Source of the DNA: Camelus dromedarius
Lineage: Eukaryota
Reading direction: 5' to 3'
NCBI RefSeq assembly: GCF_036321535.1
Contig: NC_087436.1
Span: 106,022,001 to 106,086,000, forward strand
Length of the DNA: 64,000 nt
In this document: positions 61,113 to 64,000 of the stretch, in pieces
Position numbering within the stretch: the first letter of the stretch is position 1
How the letters are laid out: each line of letters begins with the position of its first letter
The notes under the pieces: model-generated
Databases searched by the model: none
What the model was told of the DNA's origin: nothing
The model's input: only the letters and a program-made list of their open reading frames with translations
Position numbers and translations under genes: made by a program

Positions 61113-63454
61113 ATTTTAATAATAATGATTTATCTTAGTGTGTATTAGGAAAATATAACTAGCACAATAAAAACCATGGTTTTATAGATCTTACTGCCTA
61201 GAACAATAATAAAAAAAAAAGACTTGATTTAAATGAGTCATATAAAACAAATAATAGTAAGGGTGACATCTAATATGACGAAGATCCTGTGGACGGTCCC
61301 CAGATGATTTTGGCCTGGGAAATTCCAGGGGCAAGGAGAGACTGGAGCTACCACTGTTGCCTTTAAATATTCATTCTGTGTAAAGCAACAACAGATCCTT
61401 TAAGTTCTGGGAAAGAAGCAAGTCAGTTTCCCCTTGGAAGAGAAGCCAGGAGAAGGGAAGTCCTTGTAGCTTGTTGAGTGCTCTCCCATTTCTAGTAATT
61501 CCACTGGGAAGGGGAAAAAAAATCCTCCTTCCACTCCCTGACCTTCCACCCCCTTGGCTCTGAATGTCTCTTGAGTGGCCGGACTGAGGTCTAGGCTTTT
61601 GGGGAGATTTTTAGTTTCTCCTCCTCTTCTTCCTCCTTCCCTCCTCCTTCCTCTTCTCTTTTCCCCCATCTTCTTTCATTGTGCCCTGAGGCCAGATATC
61701 AAAAAGGCCATGCCCCAAGAATGCAGATGCCTAGTTCAAGTCAATAGGAAAAAGAGTTGAATACTCTATGTGGCATTTTCATTTACCTTCAGCTTTCAGG
61801 ATGGCACTTGTGTCTGCCCTGGAATCTTTCTTTTGGATGTTTAGATAATCCTAAACCAATCCATGCTTAGGTGTTTATATTTGCAGCAGATTTATCTTCC
61901 TAACAACGTGTTTGAGGCTAATACTACAATGAATTTGCATTTCCTGGGGAAAGGAGCACAGGTGTTATTCTGTAAGTTGTAAGAAACTGGAGTGTAACCA
62001 GCTACTATGGGGCAAGGCATGTGTTTGGACAGTTACCCGGCTCCCAGTCCTGGATGTGGGTGGGATGCCTGCCCAGATCTGGGTCTCATATGGAGAGACC
62101 ACTGGTCTGCTTATCCAGTCCTGTGCATTTTCTCTGTCTTCACCTGAGATCAACATTGTAATCTGTTCTTCTTACCTCTTCATCCCCCCCCATATAGTGC
62201 TTGGGAAAAGGTATGCATTGAATACATAAACTTTTGCCCATTGGTTAACAAGAGCTATCAATAATTCAGTATTTCTCGTTTCAGATTGTGTTTCAACAAA
62301 TATTTACTGAGCACTTACTATGCGATAGGCATTGTGCCAGGGGTTTCATGCGATTTCATTCTTACACAGCTCTCTTCACCATGGGCAGTGGGGAAATTGA
62401 GGCTCCAGGAGGCAAAATGATTTAACTGAGACCATGTACTTTTGGTTCTGCCTGATTTAAGTCTGGCTATGCCAGTTTTCAAGCTCAGCGTTCCGTTTTC
62501 TTTCTGCTACTCTCTGGGGCCTTGCAGACACCGAGTGGGTTTCCCCACTCCCTGTTAAACTGGACTTTCCTTGCCACTGATTCCCCGGGATCACAATAAT
62601 CAACTCAGAAGTAGAAGGAAAGGTTCTCCCTCTCAGACTGTAAATAAAGAACCTGCCTTCATGGCATGAGATTCTGAGTGTCATCAAATGCCACTGCCCA
62701 CGGGAACGGAAGCTTCTCTCAGAGTTTCCAGCGGAGCCTGCCCGTGAGGGCACCACGGGATTAGGCCTGTATACGTGCCCCAAATGCTGTTCCACGGATG
62801 AAAACAGTTGTCACAGTGACTAGAAAATTGAATTGGTTAAACCTTCTGGTTTTAGATTGTTTTTGGAGTGAGTAACTCTATGATTTTTTTTTTACTTGTC
62901 ATAGGCGAAAAGGAAAAAAAAAGTACGAGTGAAACTTCATAGCTATTTTTCTTCCCTGTATGTTCTTAGTGGTTATTTATATCTGGGAAGTTTCCATTGG
63001 GATTTAGTTCAGGATATAGACTTGGCAGGGTGGCTTCTGCACTCCATGGTGACATTTGACAGACTGCAGGCAAAGCAGGATGGATTTCTAATATCTAGAT
63101 GGATGGATTTGGGGCCAAAGTGTTGGGATTGTACTGTATCATGAAATGGATTTATTGATCTGAATCTAAAAGCGGCCTGTTGCCTGTCAATATCAGATTT
63201 GTATCAATATGTTTGATAAATGAGGGCTCCTGCCCCTTTCCTTTGTTTGCTTTATCAACTGCACTTGGCAATAACAATAAAAGACGCCAGGTGGTGTACT
63301 GCAAATTGCACTCGTCATGTGTGCTACTAACCTTAGGGCCCCGTTTTGCGATCCCGCATATGTTATAACCACCCAGAAGTGCGCTGCTGTGCCTGACTGC
63401 CTCCCCCGAATTAGACGTTCCCCTGCAATGGTGCATTTCAATATCCACCTCATG

Positions 63455-63612
63455 CATTAACCTTGAAACGTTGTGCCCGTGGTGTAGGTAGCATCTTCAT
63501 TTTCCAGATGAAGAAATTAAGACACTGAGAGGTTGTGAGAGGTTGAACGAGCTGCCCAAGGCCACACGGTAAATCTCGAATACAGCTGGGGTCCAGGCAG
63601 AGGTGTCATGGT
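63455..63612 (-). mobile_element. MIR SINE
   Basis: 'cattttccagatgaagaaattaagacactgagagg...gcccaaggccacac'. Confidence 0.75.
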
Positions 63613-64000
63613 TCCTGGGTGAGGGTAGGTCAATTTCCTTCTCTCTGGTTCCAAAGCAAAAGAATCTGAATCTGCAAGGAGCTTGTGGTTGATACACTTT
63701 CTCCCCAGGAGTGGGGAGGCTGCCACCTTCTCTCTGAGTCTTCCGGGAAAGAAATCCAGGTCCCTGTGTTGGAAACAGAAGGTTCTGAATGTGCTTTATT
63801 TGGTCTTTGTAGCCACAAATCAAGGTTGGCTTACAACCCTCCTGGGATGTTTCTTATCAAGCCACATGTATCTTTCAGGGGGCAGCAATATTCCTAACCA
63901 GATGTTAGGTGGAACAGGGGAAGAGAGGAACAGAAGACATGAAGTTCTTCCCTGCAAGAGCTTTCATTTGAGTTGATGGGCATTATGGAATGCTAGTCTG

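Noticed and set aside
63150..63450. CpG-rich unique patch as an ncRNA
   Set aside because: I found no recognisable RNA family motif or convincing stem. It may be regulatory, but that is unsupported.
1..64000. All ORFs in the supplied six-frame track as genes
   Set aside because: They are short (168 aa or less), often start at non-ATG codons, show no recognisable domains, and frequently overlap repeats or microsatellites. This is the expected background in mammalian DNA.
1..64000. CRISPR array, operon, phage or defence system
   Set aside because: There is no repeat-spacer periodicity or gene-dense structure. The sequence is clearly mammalian.

Overview
This is mammalian non-coding DNA, most likely camelid (alpaca, llama or camel), inferred from two tRNA-Ala-derived SINEs that match the camelid Vic-1 pattern and from the absence of Alu, B1, Bov-tA and PRE-1. 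I recognise no protein-coding exon, functional RNA gene, CRISPR array or prokaryotic system. The supplied ORFs are chance or repeat-derived. The window is a mosaic of old transposon fossils (MIR, L2, CR1/L3, L1, MaLR and ERV LTRs, hAT and Tigger MITEs) and microsatellites, separated by repeat-free blocks with candidate enhancer motifs. L1 and LTR inserts are mostly antisense, which suggests a large intron of a + strand gene that I cannot name. Highlights: a ~3 kb fragmented ancient CR1 LINE with readable ORF2, a ~220 bp degenerate AT-rich palindrome (MER135-like), a MER53 hairpin keeping a miR-1302-type seed, a four-element nested transposon stack, and a solo LTR with an internal PPT plus a second LTR start. 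Repeat family names are recalled from consensus sequences and need Dfam or RepeatMasker confirmation. Boundaries of old repeats are approximate.
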